DNA of 63,418 nt, taken from contig DLKQ01000022.1 in NCBI GenBank assembly GCA_002477805.1, forward strand, positions 1 through 63,418, read 5' to 3'. Positions within the stretch are counted from its first letter, which is position 1. The number at the start of each line of letters is the position of its first letter. The translations under genes and the position numbers were made by a program. The DNA is from Christensenella sp. UBA7584 (GTDB taxonomy: Bacteria > Bacillota > Clostridia > Christensenellales > UBA1242). The notes below the pieces were generated by a model. It was not told the DNA's origin. It searched no databases and saw only the letters and a program-made list of their open reading frames with translations. Below are positions 27,919-37,758 of the stretch, piece by piece.

Positions 27919-28839
27919 GTGGAAGTTGAAAAGTTACTAAAAAGTAAATTTCGAGATAGGTTTTTTAATAATTTAAGTTTTAAAAAGGTTACAACATTTA
28001 AAATTGGAGGGAAAATTCGCTATTTTGTATATGTTTTAAACGAAAAAGAGCTTGTTTTTTTGCTAAAATTTTGCAAAAAGAAAAAAATGAATTATCTTAT
28101 CATTGGTGGTGGTTCAAATGTTTTGGCATCAGATGGCTGTTTTGATGGTGTTGTTATTTCCACTTTAAATATGACCAAAATAAAGTTTTTGAAAAATAAT
28201 ATAGTTGAATGTATGAGTGGAGTACGTCTTTCTAACTTGATTTATCAATGTATGAAAAAGGAATGTGGTGGTTTAGAATGGGCGATTGGAATTCCAGGTA
28301 CTATTGGTGGTGCTTGTGTTATGAATGCGGGTGCTTTTGGTGGGCAAATTTCTGATTTTGTGGTGAGTGTAAAATGCTTTAATGGGAATAAAATAGAAAA
28401 TGTAAATGGTGAACAATTAGAGTTTGCATATAGAGATAGTTTTTTTAAAAAAAATAAAAATTATGTAATTTTAAGCGTAAAATTACAACTTTTTCCTGAA
28501 AAATCAGGGAAAATTTTGCAAAATGTGCAAAATTGTATTCAAAAACGCAAAAGTTTACAGAGTGTTGGATTTCCTAGTGCTGGAAGTGTTTTTAAGCGTT
28601 CGCCAGATGTTTTGCCTGCTGCTCTAATTGATAATTTGGGACTAAAGGGATTTCGAATCGGTGATGCTATGGTTTCCGATGTACATTCTGGGTATATTGT
28701 AAATTTAAGTAACGCAACTTGCAAAGATGTGTTAAAACTGATTGATTTTATTTCAAATTCGGTATATAATAGGTTTAATAGAAAATTGGAATTGGAAATA
28801 ATAGTCATAGGAGATAATGATGGAGAACTTTCAGGATAA
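27919..28839 (+). CDS. murB: UDP-N-acetylenolpyruvoylglucosamine reductase
   Basis: 306 aa. TTFKIGG, IIGGGSNVL, GIPGTIGGACVMNAGAFGG and AGSVFKR. Confidence 0.94.
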   Translation: MEVEKLLKSKFRDRFFNNLSFKKVTTFKIGGKIRYFVYVLNEKELVFLLKFCKKKKMNYLIIGGGSNVLASDGCFDGVVISTLNMTKIKFLKNNIVECMSGVRLSNLIYQCMKKECGGLEWAIGIPGTIGGACVMNAGAFGGQISDFVVSVKCFNGNKIENVNGEQLEFAYRDSFFKKNKNYVILSVKLQLFPEKSGKILQNVQNCIQKRKSLQSVGFPSAGSVFKRSPDVLPAALIDNLGLKGFRIGDAMVSDVHSGYIVNLSNATCKDVLKLIDFISNSVYNRFNRKLELEIIVIGDNDGELSG

Positions 28840-29572
28840 ATACAGATTGGTTGCTGATTTTCATACACATACTTTTAGAAGTGATGGAAAAGGTAGTGTG
28901 GAAGACAATATAAGAGCTGGGGTGAGGGCTGGGCTTGATACTTTGGCAATAACAGACCACGGACCTTTTCATAATTTTAGAGCGAGATGTACTTATGACA
29001 AATTTTTAATTACAAAACAAGAGATTGACAATCTAAAAGCAAAATATCCAATAGATGTGCTTTTTGGTATTGAAGCTAATCTTGTTTCTTTAAGAGGTGA
29101 TATTGATATAACACCTGTTCAGGAAAAGGCATTTGATATTATTGTCCTAGGTACGCATAAAACTCCGCACGGTAAAAAGTTTCGGGATTTTTTTACTTGG
29201 AAACTTAGAAATTTGTTTCCAACAAATGAGGCGCGTATTGAAAAGGTTACTGATGCTTATCTAAATGCAATGCGTGCACATAATATCAAAATTTTAGCAC
29301 ACTTAAATTATGTGGCAAAAGTTGATGTGAAGCCAATTGCTGAACTTGCCGCTCAGAAAAATATCTGGATTGAGTTAAATGGAAAGCGTGTTCAATTTTC
29401 GCAAGATGAAATAGATACGATTTTAAGTTCAGGAGCAAATTTTGTAATTAATAGTGATGCCCATATTCCTGAAAATGTTGGCAATCCAACTGCTGTTTGG
29501 GAATTTATGAAAACTCACCATATTCCTGCAGATAGAATTGTTAATATTAAAGAAATTCACAAAGGAGAATAA
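28817..29572 (+). CDS. PHP-domain phosphoesterase (histidinol-phosphatase family)
   Basis: 251 aa. DFHTHTFRSDG, ITDHG and NSDAH metal-binding motifs. Confidence 0.85.
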   Translation: MMENFQDKYRLVADFHTHTFRSDGKGSVEDNIRAGVRAGLDTLAITDHGPFHNFRARCTYDKFLITKQEIDNLKAKYPIDVLFGIEANLVSLRGDIDITPVQEKAFDIIVLGTHKTPHGKKFRDFFTWKLRNLFPTNEARIEKVTDAYLNAMRAHNIKILAHLNYVAKVDVKPIAELAAQKNIWIELNGKRVQFSQDEIDTILSSGANFVINSDAHIPENVGNPTAVWEFMKTHHIPADRIVNIKEIHKGE

Positions 29573-29573
29573 A

Positions 29574-30563
29574 ATGTCTTTTTCTTCAGATGCAAAAAAC
29601 GAAGTTGTTAAAACTGAGCTTCCTGATAAGAAATGTTGTGCAACAGCAGAACTTTCTGCACTTTTTCGAACTTGTGGTGAATTAGGGATAAAAGAAGGGA
29701 AATATAGTATTGAAATAATTACCGAAATTCCTTCTCTTTTTGCAAGAGTGAATGGCTTGGTTAAAATTCTTTATGATAATTTTGATGAACTGGAACTTTA
29801 TCGTGAGCTTAAACAAAATGGTAGTGTAAAGTATCATATTCTATTTTCAACCGAGATGACTTCAAGGGTTATGCAAGACTGCTATGTGATGAAACCAACG
29901 GGTGAATTTTACACTGGTATAGCGAGTGCGTCACTTGAAAATGAATGTTGTAGGAAAAGTTTTATTAAAGGTGCATTTTTGGGGTGTGCAAGTGCGAATA
30001 TTGTAATAAAAGATATGAAGGATTTAAAAAAGCATACAGGTGGTTATCATTTGGAGTTTGTTTTTTCTTCATCTAATCTGGCAGGGGATTTTGCGCATAT
30101 TTTGTCTGAGTTTGGAATACTCGCAAAGGTTATGCAAAGGAAAAAATTTTGGATTACATATATAAAAGAGGCTGAACTTGTGAGTGATATTTTGGCATTT
30201 GTTGGTGCAAATAATGCTGTTTTAACTTTGCAAAATGAATTTGCCGTTAGAGAAATGAGAAACAAGCTTAATAGACAACTTAATTGTATGAATTCAAATC
30301 TTGAAAAAATGGTTCAAGCTTCGTTAAGGCAAATAGAGGCGATTGAACTAATTAGAGATACTGTTGGGCTTGAGAGTTTATCTCCCACTTTGTATGAGCT
30401 TTGTCTTTTGAGACTTGCGAATCCGGAAGAGAATTATGAAAATTTATCAAAATTAATGTCAGAGCCCCTTACAAAAAGTGGGGTAAATCATAGACTTAGA
30501 AAAATTGTTTCCATAGCTGAAAAAATAGAAAAATCAAAAAAGGAAGAAAACACTAATGAGTAA
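29574..30563 (+). CDS. whiA: DNA-binding protein WhiA
   Basis: Track ORF trimmed to MSFSSDAKNEV (AGGAG RBS), 329 aa. LAGLIDADG-like pseudo-homing-endonuclease fold pattern and a C-terminal HTH (LTKSGVNHRLRKI). Confidence 0.92.
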   Translation: MSFSSDAKNEVVKTELPDKKCCATAELSALFRTCGELGIKEGKYSIEIITEIPSLFARVNGLVKILYDNFDELELYRELKQNGSVKYHILFSTEMTSRVMQDCYVMKPTGEFYTGIASASLENECCRKSFIKGAFLGCASANIVIKDMKDLKKHTGGYHLEFVFSSSNLAGDFAHILSEFGILAKVMQRKKFWITYIKEAELVSDILAFVGANNAVLTLQNEFAVREMRNKLNRQLNCMNSNLEKMVQASLRQIEAIELIRDTVGLESLSPTLYELCLLRLANPEENYENLSKLMSEPLTKSGVNHRLRKIVSIAEKIEKSKKEENTNE

Positions 30564-33500
30564 TTTTGTTCATTTACACCTTCATACACAATATAGTTTG
30601 CTTGATGGGGCCACAAGGATTGAAAAACTTGTCAAAGTTTTAAAAGAGCGTGGTGCTCCAGCTTGTGCTATTACAGATCACGGAAATATGTATGGAACTG
30701 TAAAATTTTACGAAGCCTGTGTTGCTAGTGGTATAAAACCACTCATTGGTACAGAATTCTATGTGGCTAACAACTATAAAGAAAAAACTGGCAAGTTTGA
30801 TTACGCTCATATCACCATAATAGCGAAAAATGCGACAGGATATAAAAACCTCTGTAAACTTAATTCTATTGCTTGGGTTGACGGTTATTATTACAAACCA
30901 AGAATTGACTATGACCTTTTACAGGAGTGCTCTGAAGGTCTCATATGTTTGAGTGGGTGCCTTAGAGGTGATGTACAAAGACTGCTTTTGCAAGGATTTA
31001 AAGAAGAGGCGGAAAAGCTTGCTATAAGGCTTAGAGATATGTTTGCTCCTGGTGATTTTTATATTGAAGTTATGGATCACGGGCTTGCAGAACAAAAACA
31101 AATATTAAGCGACCAATTTGAACTTGCTAGAAAAATAGGAGTAAAAACGGTTGCCACAAATGATGTACATTATATTTATAAAGAAGATTATGAAGTGCAA
31201 GACATAATGATGTGTGTTTCAATGGGGAAAACTGTTGATGATCCTGATAGAATGAGAATGGAATGTCAGGAGTTTTATCTAAAAACTGAAGAGGAAATGC
31301 GTAATATTTTTAGTGCTCACCCTGAGGCTGTTGATAATACTCTTGAGATTGCTGAAAAATGTGATTTTAATTTTGATTTTAAAAGTTTGTTTTATCCGAA
31401 ATTTAGAGCGCCAGACGGAATGACTAATGAAGAATATTTAAGAAAAATTACTATAGAGGGCTTAAAAAAGAAATATCACGAACTTACGCCCGAAGTTATG
31501 GATAGAATGGAATATGAAATGAAAACACTTGTAAAGAGTGGGTTTGTGGATTATTACTTGGTTGTTTGGGATTTTATAAATTATGGTCGAAGTGTTGGTG
31601 TTCCAATAGGGCCAGGGCGTGGTAGTGGTGCTGCAAGTATTATTGCTTATGCTATTGGAATTACCCTTATAGACCCTCTTAAATATGACTTGTGGTTTGA
31701 ACGTTTTCTTAACCCAGAAAGGGTTAGTCCACCAGATTTTGATATAGATTTTTGTCCTCAGCGTCGCGGTGAGGTTATTGATTATGTTATAGATAAATAT
31801 GGAGTTCCAAATGTGAGTCAAATTATTACTTTTGGAACAATGGCCGCAAAGGCTGCGATAAAAGATGTTGCAAGAGTTTTGAAAATGCCTTTTAGTGAAG
31901 TTAATAAAATTACCAAACTATTTCCACCTTTCGCAAAAATGCCTAAAGCACCTGCAATAAAGAAATTGTTTGGTGTAGGACTTGATGAAAATGATGACCA
32001 TACTCATATAATAAAAGAACTTCACGAAATGTACGAAAATGACCCTCTAACACAAAAAATTATAGATGTTGCGATAAAACTTGAGGGTATGCCGAGAAAT
32101 ACCAGTATTCACGCAGCGGGGGTTATAATTTGTTGTGACCCAATTAGTGACCACGTTCCAATGGCAAAAAATGGTGATATGGTTACTACCCAGTATGATA
32201 AAAATGAAAGTGAGCACCTGGGTCTGCTTAAGATGGACTTCTTGGGATTGATTACACTCACAGATGTTGACCTTGCTTGTAGAATGATAAAACAAAATTA
32301 CGGAGTAGATGTAGACCTTTACGGACTTGATTATAGTGATCCTGATGTATACAAGCTGATTGGCTCTGGGGATAATGATGGTGTGTTCCAACTTGAGAGT
32401 CAAGGTATAAGTAATTTTGCAAAAGAAATGAAGCCAGTAAATATTGAAGAGCTTATTGTTATTCTAGCAATGTATAGACCTGGTCCTATGGATGAAATTC
32501 CAACATACATTAAAAACAGAAAAGATCCTGCAAAAATTCATTACCCAGATGAAAGAATGAAGAAGGTTTTAGGTGTAACTTATGGGGTTATGGTTTATCA
32601 AGAACAGGTTATGCAACTTTGTCAAGTTATTGCAGGTTACACAATGGGACAGGCTGATGGTGTTCGTAAAATAATGGGTAAAAAAATGAAGGATAAATTA
32701 CCTATTGAGAAAGAAAAGTTCCTTAATGGTTGGGTTGACCCTGAAGGGAAAAAGAGTATTGAAGGAGCTTTAAAACGTGGAATGAAGAAAGAGGATGCTG
32801 AGCATTTATGGGCTCAAATGGAAAAATTCGGTTCGTATGCGTTTAACAAAGCACACGCTGCCGCATATGCACACGTAACATACCATACAGCTTATTTAAA
32901 ACTTTATTACATAAAGGAATTTTATGCTGCAATTATAAATAATCGTATCACCAAAAGTGATGAGGTTAAAAAGTATGTTGAATTTGCTCGTAGGCACAAT
33001 ATTGAGGTTCTCCCACCAAATGTTAATAAAAGTGAGGCATTTTTTACTGTTGAAGGAGATAATCTTCGTTTTGGACTTGGTGGGTTAAAAAATGTTGGAG
33101 TTGCCCTTGTTGAGGAAATTGTAAAAGAAAGAAAGAAGAATGGTGATTTTACTGATCTTTCTAACTTTTTATCAAGAATGGGTAGTCAGGCACACAATAA
33201 AAGATTTTTGGAATCAATGATTTGGAGTGGCGCTTTTGATTGTTTTGGTGTTCCAAGAAGTTGGCTTCACGAAGTTTATGATGCCGTTGTTGAAAGGGTT
33301 GCTGCAGATAGAAAAAATCAAGTTCAGGGTCAGCTTACACTTTTTGATGCTATTCTTCAAAATGATGAGAAGTTAAACAAGGTTGAATACCCAAATATTC
33401 CTGAATATACAAACAGCAAAAAACTTCAACTCGAAAAAGATGTTGTAGGTGTTTATATCTCTGGACACCCTTTAGAACCTTTTAGGGCTGAGTTAGATGC

Positions 33501-34089
33501 TTTTGGTTTTAATAGTTCAATGCTTGAGGGTGAAGAAATTAAAAATGAATTTGATGAAGTTGCTGAAGTAATTTATACAGATGTCAAAGATGGACAGTCT
33601 ATAAAGTGTGGTGGAATTATAACTGAAGTAAAAAAACTCAGTACTAAAACAAACAAGGATATGGCGATATTGACTGTAGAAGACTTGTTCGGCGTGTTTG
33701 ATGTTATGGTTTTTAGTTCAATGTATGAGAAGCATCGAGACAAATTTCTTGAGAACAATATTGTTAATATTAAGGGGAAAATAAGTATACGAGAAAATGA
33801 GAAACCAATTGTGCTTCTTGAGGATATAAATAACTGGGATACGAGTACTTTACAAGAGCAAAAAAATGTGCCTACTAAAAAACTATACTTAAAGTTTGAT
33901 TTTACAAATGAAATTTTAAAAAGTCAAATTAGGAAAATTTTACAGAGTTATTCTGGAGATATAGAAGTAAAAGTTAGATGTGCTTGTACAAATGGTGCAT
34001 ATATTATGGAAGAAAAAGTTGATGGAAGTCAGGCTCTCTTAAATGAATTATTAGGATTGCTTGATGAAAATTGCATAAAACTATTATAA
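30556..34089 (+). CDS. dnaE: DNA polymerase III alpha subunit (DnaE type)
   Basis: 1177 aa. PHP domain HLHLHTQYSLLDG...ITDHGNMYG, palm PDFDIDF and FNKAHAAAYA, and an OB fold near the C-terminus. Confidence 0.97.
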   Translation: MSNFVHLHLHTQYSLLDGATRIEKLVKVLKERGAPACAITDHGNMYGTVKFYEACVASGIKPLIGTEFYVANNYKEKTGKFDYAHITIIAKNATGYKNLCKLNSIAWVDGYYYKPRIDYDLLQECSEGLICLSGCLRGDVQRLLLQGFKEEAEKLAIRLRDMFAPGDFYIEVMDHGLAEQKQILSDQFELARKIGVKTVATNDVHYIYKEDYEVQDIMMCVSMGKTVDDPDRMRMECQEFYLKTEEEMRNIFSAHPEAVDNTLEIAEKCDFNFDFKSLFYPKFRAPDGMTNEEYLRKITIEGLKKKYHELTPEVMDRMEYEMKTLVKSGFVDYYLVVWDFINYGRSVGVPIGPGRGSGAASIIAYAIGITLIDPLKYDLWFERFLNPERVSPPDFDIDFCPQRRGEVIDYVIDKYGVPNVSQIITFGTMAAKAAIKDVARVLKMPFSEVNKITKLFPPFAKMPKAPAIKKLFGVGLDENDDHTHIIKELHEMYENDPLTQKIIDVAIKLEGMPRNTSIHAAGVIICCDPISDHVPMAKNGDMVTTQYDKNESEHLGLLKMDFLGLITLTDVDLACRMIKQNYGVDVDLYGLDYSDPDVYKLIGSGDNDGVFQLESQGISNFAKEMKPVNIEELIVILAMYRPGPMDEIPTYIKNRKDPAKIHYPDERMKKVLGVTYGVMVYQEQVMQLCQVIAGYTMGQADGVRKIMGKKMKDKLPIEKEKFLNGWVDPEGKKSIEGALKRGMKKEDAEHLWAQMEKFGSYAFNKAHAAAYAHVTYHTAYLKLYYIKEFYAAIINNRITKSDEVKKYVEFARRHNIEVLPPNVNKSEAFFTVEGDNLRFGLGGLKNVGVALVEEIVKERKKNGDFTDLSNFLSRMGSQAHNKRFLESMIWSGAFDCFGVPRSWLHEVYDAVVERVAADRKNQVQGQLTLFDAILQNDEKLNKVEYPNIPEYTNSKKLQLEKDVVGVYISGHPLEPFRAELDAFGFNSSMLEGEEIKNEFDEVAEVIYTDVKDGQSIKCGGIITEVKKLSTKTNKDMAILTVEDLFGVFDVMVFSSMYEKHRDKFLENNIVNIKGKISIRENEKPIVLLEDINNWDTSTLQEQKNVPTKKLYLKFDFTNEILKSQIRKILQSYSGDIEVKVRCACTNGAYIMEEKVDGSQALLNELLGLLDENCIKLL

Positions 34090-34101
34090 AAGGAAGAAAT
34101 T

Positions 34102-35085
34102 ATGGCAAAAAAAGTAATAGGAGTATTGACAAGTGGTGGTGATGCACAAGGAATGAATGCTTGTCTGAAAACAATTGTAACAATGGCTAGTAGAAATGAT
34201 ATGGAAGTTGTTGCGTTTTTAGGAGGATTTCAAGGCCTTTTAGACGATAATTTCAAAAAATTAACTCCCAAAGATGTTGAAATGTGCTATACGCTTGGTG
34301 GAAGTGTGATTTTTTCAGGAAGAAGTAAAGATTTTACTATTGAGGAAAAAAGGGTTGTTGCAAAAGATGTGTTTAAAAAACATAAACTAAGCGGACTTAT
34401 AGTTCTTGGTGGAGATGGGTCTATTCGTGGTAGTAGAGATTTACAAGCAATGGGTTTAAATGTTTTGGCTATTCCTTGTACAATAGACAATGATGTAGCT
34501 TGCACTGATAAAACTATAGGATTTGATACTGCGGTAAATAATGCTGTTGATGCTATAGACAATATTCAACAAACGATGAAAGCAAATGGTAGAGTCTTAA
34601 TAGTAGAAGTAATGGGGAGGCATTGTGGGGATATTGCACTCTATGGTGGAATGTGTAGTGAGAGTGATATTATTATGTTACCGGAAAAAAAGCAGTCTGT
34701 TGAAAAGATTGTTCGTGAAATTGGTAAACAAATATCGGTTGGCAACATTTCCCCAACTGTTGTTATTTCTGAAAATCAATTGGACATAAACAATCTTGCT
34801 AAAACTGTTGAAGAAAAATATGGAAAAGAGGTTAGAGCTATAGTTGTGGGATATATTCAGCGTGGTGGAAAGGCAACTATGCAAGACAGACTTCTTGCAA
34901 CTCGAATGGCTGTGGGTGCGGTTGAATGTATAATAAAAGAGGAGTACGGCGGTGTTATTGTAGTTGTAAACGATGAAATAAAGTTCAAGTCCTTTGACAC
35001 TGCTATAAAAGAGAAAAAACATTTCCGTGAAGATATTTGGCAAACATTTCTTAATTTGAAAAAATTTGTAACAATAAAAAAATAA
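34102..35085 (+). CDS. pfkA: ATP-dependent 6-phosphofructokinase
   Basis: 327 aa. GVLTSGGDAQGMNA, GGDGS, IPCTIDND, MGRHCGD and GYIQRGG. Confidence 0.96.
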   Translation: MAKKVIGVLTSGGDAQGMNACLKTIVTMASRNDMEVVAFLGGFQGLLDDNFKKLTPKDVEMCYTLGGSVIFSGRSKDFTIEEKRVVAKDVFKKHKLSGLIVLGGDGSIRGSRDLQAMGLNVLAIPCTIDNDVACTDKTIGFDTAVNNAVDAIDNIQQTMKANGRVLIVEVMGRHCGDIALYGGMCSESDIIMLPEKKQSVEKIVREIGKQISVGNISPTVVISENQLDINNLAKTVEEKYGKEVRAIVVGYIQRGGKATMQDRLLATRMAVGAVECIIKEEYGGVIVVVNDEIKFKSFDTAIKEKKHFREDIWQTFLNLKKFVTIKK

Positions 35086-35167
35086 AAAGCATTGTAATAA
35101 AATTTAAGCTACAGAAACAAAATCCTACCACTATAAAAATATAATGACTAAAATTTTATGATACTAG

Positions 35168-35216
35168 AAAAACAGGAAGAGATCTATATTTCTTTCTGTT
35201 TTAATTGTTTTTTTGA
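35168..35216 (+). terminator. Intrinsic terminator after pfkA
   Basis: AAAACAGGAAGA / TCTTTCTGTTTT stem with one G-T pair, then T runs. Confidence 0.65.
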
Positions 35217-35419
35217 AAGAGATATGAGTGCGGAATAATGTTGCAGTAATAAAAAATTAGTGTAAATAATTTTATATTGTTTTTGATACGTTTGAAGTTA
35301 ACGATAATGCTTTTTTGTGTTAAAAATTCTAAACCACTTAGATTTTATCTGGTATTATTTATGATTTTTATTGGAGGCCTAAAAAATTTTAAAAAAATTA
35401 AAAAATTATTAAAAAAGGC

Positions 35420-35448
35420 TTGCATTTATGTTAAAAATAGTGTATAAT
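35420..35448 (+). promoter_or_regulatory. Strong promoter of the ribosomal supercluster
   Basis: TTGCAT, 17 nt, TATAAT (35443-35448). Confidence 0.7.
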
Positions 35449-35454
35449 GTTTTT

Positions 35455-35847
35455 ACTTTATGGGCTGGGGTGATGTGTAAAGTTACCTTGGAAAGCGACT
35501 TTCAGGGATAATTTATGCTGACAAGTGGTACAAAAGTACTGCGACCAAACACACTAAAAATAGCCTTTATTTTTTTGCTCATAGGGTTGACACACCCGGA
35601 AAGGTATACACGCATATGCGTGTGCACGCCTTATTCATATAAATAATATCTTGCGAAAAATTGGTTTATGAAAGTTTGATGTGAGATTATTTGAAAGAAT
35701 TCTATAGAATTTCAAATGTATCATTAAAAAAACTTAAATGTACCGCTCTTATGAGAGAAGGAGTTTGCGTAATTTTTCTCAAGTTATTATTGGGTGTTGG
35801 TGAGAGAGAAAAGTGTTTGGATTGTTAAACTTTATGCGGAGGTGTGT
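35455..35847 (+). promoter_or_regulatory. Roughly 400-nt structured 5' leader of rpsJ (possible attenuator or embedded small RNA)
   Basis: GC-enriched relative to its surroundings. A long interrupted stem (35463-35491 with 35545-35565) encloses two hairpins and is followed by TTTATTTTTTT (35566-35576). Then come a perfect palindrome (35608-35623) and further hairpins. Confidence 0.45.
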
Positions 35848-36156
35848 ATGAGTACACAAAAAATCAGAATTAAACTAAAGTCGTTTGACCACGGTTTAAT
35901 CGACCAAGCAGCCGCTCGAATTATTGAAGCTGCTACAAAGTCGGGGTGCAAGATTTCTGGACCAATCCCTTTGCCAACTGACAAAGAAATAGTTACAGTT
36001 CTTCGTTCACCTCACATTGATAAGGATAGTCGTGAGCAATTTGAAATCAGAACTCACAAAAGACTTATCGACATCTTTAGTCCAACAAGCAAAACAATGG
36101 ACACATTGTCAAAACTTGATTTGCCTGCTGGTGTGGACATAAAGATAAAACTTTAA
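35848..36156 (+). CDS. rpsJ: 30S ribosomal protein S10
   Basis: Track ORF trimmed to [15 protein letters not shown] (GGAGG RBS), 102 aa. Confidence 0.97.
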   Translation: MSTQKIRIKLKSFDHGLIDQAAARIIEAATKSGCKISGPIPLPTDKEIVTVLRSPHIDKDSREQFEIRTHKRLIDIFSPTSKTMDTLSKLDLPAGVDIKIKL

Positions 36157-36180
36157 TAGGTAACAAAAGGGAGAAAAATT

Positions 36181-36810
36181 ATGAATAAAGCAATTTTAGG
36201 TAAAAAACTTGGAATGACACAAGTTTTCTCTCCAAAAGGGCTGGTTATACCTGTAACCGTTGTGGAAACAACTCCTAATGTAGTCGTTCAAATTAAAAAC
36301 GAAGACAAAGATGGTTACAACGCACTAGTTGTTGCCTATGGAGAGATTAGAGAAAATTTAGTTAACAAGCCAATGGCTGGAATTTTCAAAAAAGCTGGCG
36401 TAAAGCCCAAAAGAATAATCAAAGAGTTCCGAATTGATGACACATCAGTTTATGTTGTAGGTCAGGAGATTAAGTGTGACATTTTCAAAGATGGTGACAA
36501 GGTAGATGCGATTGCCGATTCCCGTGGAAGAGGATATACTGGTGTAATTTATCGTTGGAATATGCGCCACCAAGACAACACTCACGGTGGATACAAAATT
36601 CACAGACACCAATCATTGGGTGGAACAAGTGGAACTTGTAAAGTATTCAAAGGAAAGAAAATGGCTGGAAGATATGGTGGAACACAAGTTACCATACAAA
36701 ACCTTGAGGTCGTAAGGGTTGACAGCGAAAGAAATTTAATTTTGGTTAAAGGTGCAATACCTGGACCACGCAATGGTGTGGTTATGCTCAGGAATGCAAT
36801 CAAGGCCTAG
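36181..36810 (+). CDS. rplC: 50S ribosomal protein L3
   Basis: ILGKKLGMTQVF... 209 aa. Conserved operon position. Confidence 0.97.
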   Translation: MNKAILGKKLGMTQVFSPKGLVIPVTVVETTPNVVVQIKNEDKDGYNALVVAYGEIRENLVNKPMAGIFKKAGVKPKRIIKEFRIDDTSVYVVGQEIKCDIFKDGDKVDAIADSRGRGYTGVIYRWNMRHQDNTHGGYKIHRHQSLGGTSGTCKVFKGKKMAGRYGGTQVTIQNLEVVRVDSERNLILVKGAIPGPRNGVVMLRNAIKA

Positions 36811-36826
36811 GTAAGGAGAAAAACAA

Positions 36827-37465
36827 ATGTCTGTAACACAAAAAGTTTATGATATGAAGGCTGAAGAAGTTGGTTCAATAAAACTATCTGATGCAGTGTT
36901 TGCTACTGCTTACAATGAGCCACTTATTCATCAAGTTGTGGTTGCATATTTAGCAAACCAAAGACAAGGTACTAAGAGAACATTAAACCGTGGAGAAATT
37001 CGTGGTAGAGCAAAAAAACCTTGGAGACAAAAACACACAGGCCGTGCAAGACAAGGAAGCCGTCGTGGCCCTCAATGGATTAAAGGTGGAATGGCTTTTG
37101 CTTTAAGGCCAAGAGATTTTTCTCAAAAGATTAACAAAACAGTAAAGAAAGCAGCATTCTGCAGTGCGCTTAGTTCAAAAGTTGCTCAAAAAGATGTTAG
37201 AATTGTTGATAAACTTAGCTTCAAGACAAATAAGACAAAGCAAATGGTTAAAGTTCTTGATGCGTTTAAGTTTGAAAAATCAGTTTTAGTTGTTCTTGAT
37301 GATGCAAACGAAAAAGTTATGCTTGCAAGCAGAAATATTCCAAATGTTCAAGTTGTAAATTGGGATTTGCTAAATACATATGAAGTTGTTTCAAATGACA
37401 AAATTATGTTTACACAGCAAGCTGTGAAAAAATTAGAGGAGGCTTATACTGATGGAAGTAAGTAA
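36827..37465 (+). CDS. rplD: 50S ribosomal protein L4
   Basis: 212 aa. RQGTKRTLNRGEIRGRAKKPWRQKHTGRARQGS. Confidence 0.97.
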   Translation: MSVTQKVYDMKAEEVGSIKLSDAVFATAYNEPLIHQVVVAYLANQRQGTKRTLNRGEIRGRAKKPWRQKHTGRARQGSRRGPQWIKGGMAFALRPRDFSQKINKTVKKAAFCSALSSKVAQKDVRIVDKLSFKTNKTKQMVKVLDAFKFEKSVLVVLDDANEKVMLASRNIPNVQVVNWDLLNTYEVVSNDKIMFTQQAVKKLEEAYTDGSK

Positions 37466-37745
37466 GATTATCGTTAAACCTTTATTATCAGAAAAAGCAT
37501 ACTCTGATATTAAAAATAAAAAGTATTGGTTTGTTGTAGACAAGAATTCTACAAAGGAACAAATCAAATTAGCAGTTGAACAAATGTTTGGTGTTCAGGT
37601 TGACAGTGTAAATACTTCAATAACTGCAAAAAAACCAAAAAAGCGTCACGGAAGAGTTAATGGTTATACAACTTCTATTAAAAAAGCGGTTGTAACTTTG
37701 AAAAAAGACAGCAAACCAATAGCTTTCTTTGAGAGCTTGTCATAG
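37452..37745 (+). CDS. rplW: 50S ribosomal protein L23
   Basis: 97 aa. [11 protein letters not shown]...[16 protein letters not shown]. Confidence 0.96.
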   Translation: MEVSKIIVKPLLSEKAYSDIKNKKYWFVVDKNSTKEQIKLAVEQMFGVQVDSVNTSITAKKPKKRHGRVNGYTTSIKKAVVTLKKDSKPIAFFESLS

Positions 37746-37758
37746 GGGGGAAATTAAG

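Noticed and set aside
35524-35546. GUGGUAC...GUACUGCG in the rpsJ leader resembles the T-box core GGUGGUACCGCG
   Set aside because: The leader shows no Stem I, specifier loop, AGAGA/GA motif or alternative antiterminator/terminator pairing. A T-box before r-protein genes has no precedent, so the resemblance is probably chance.
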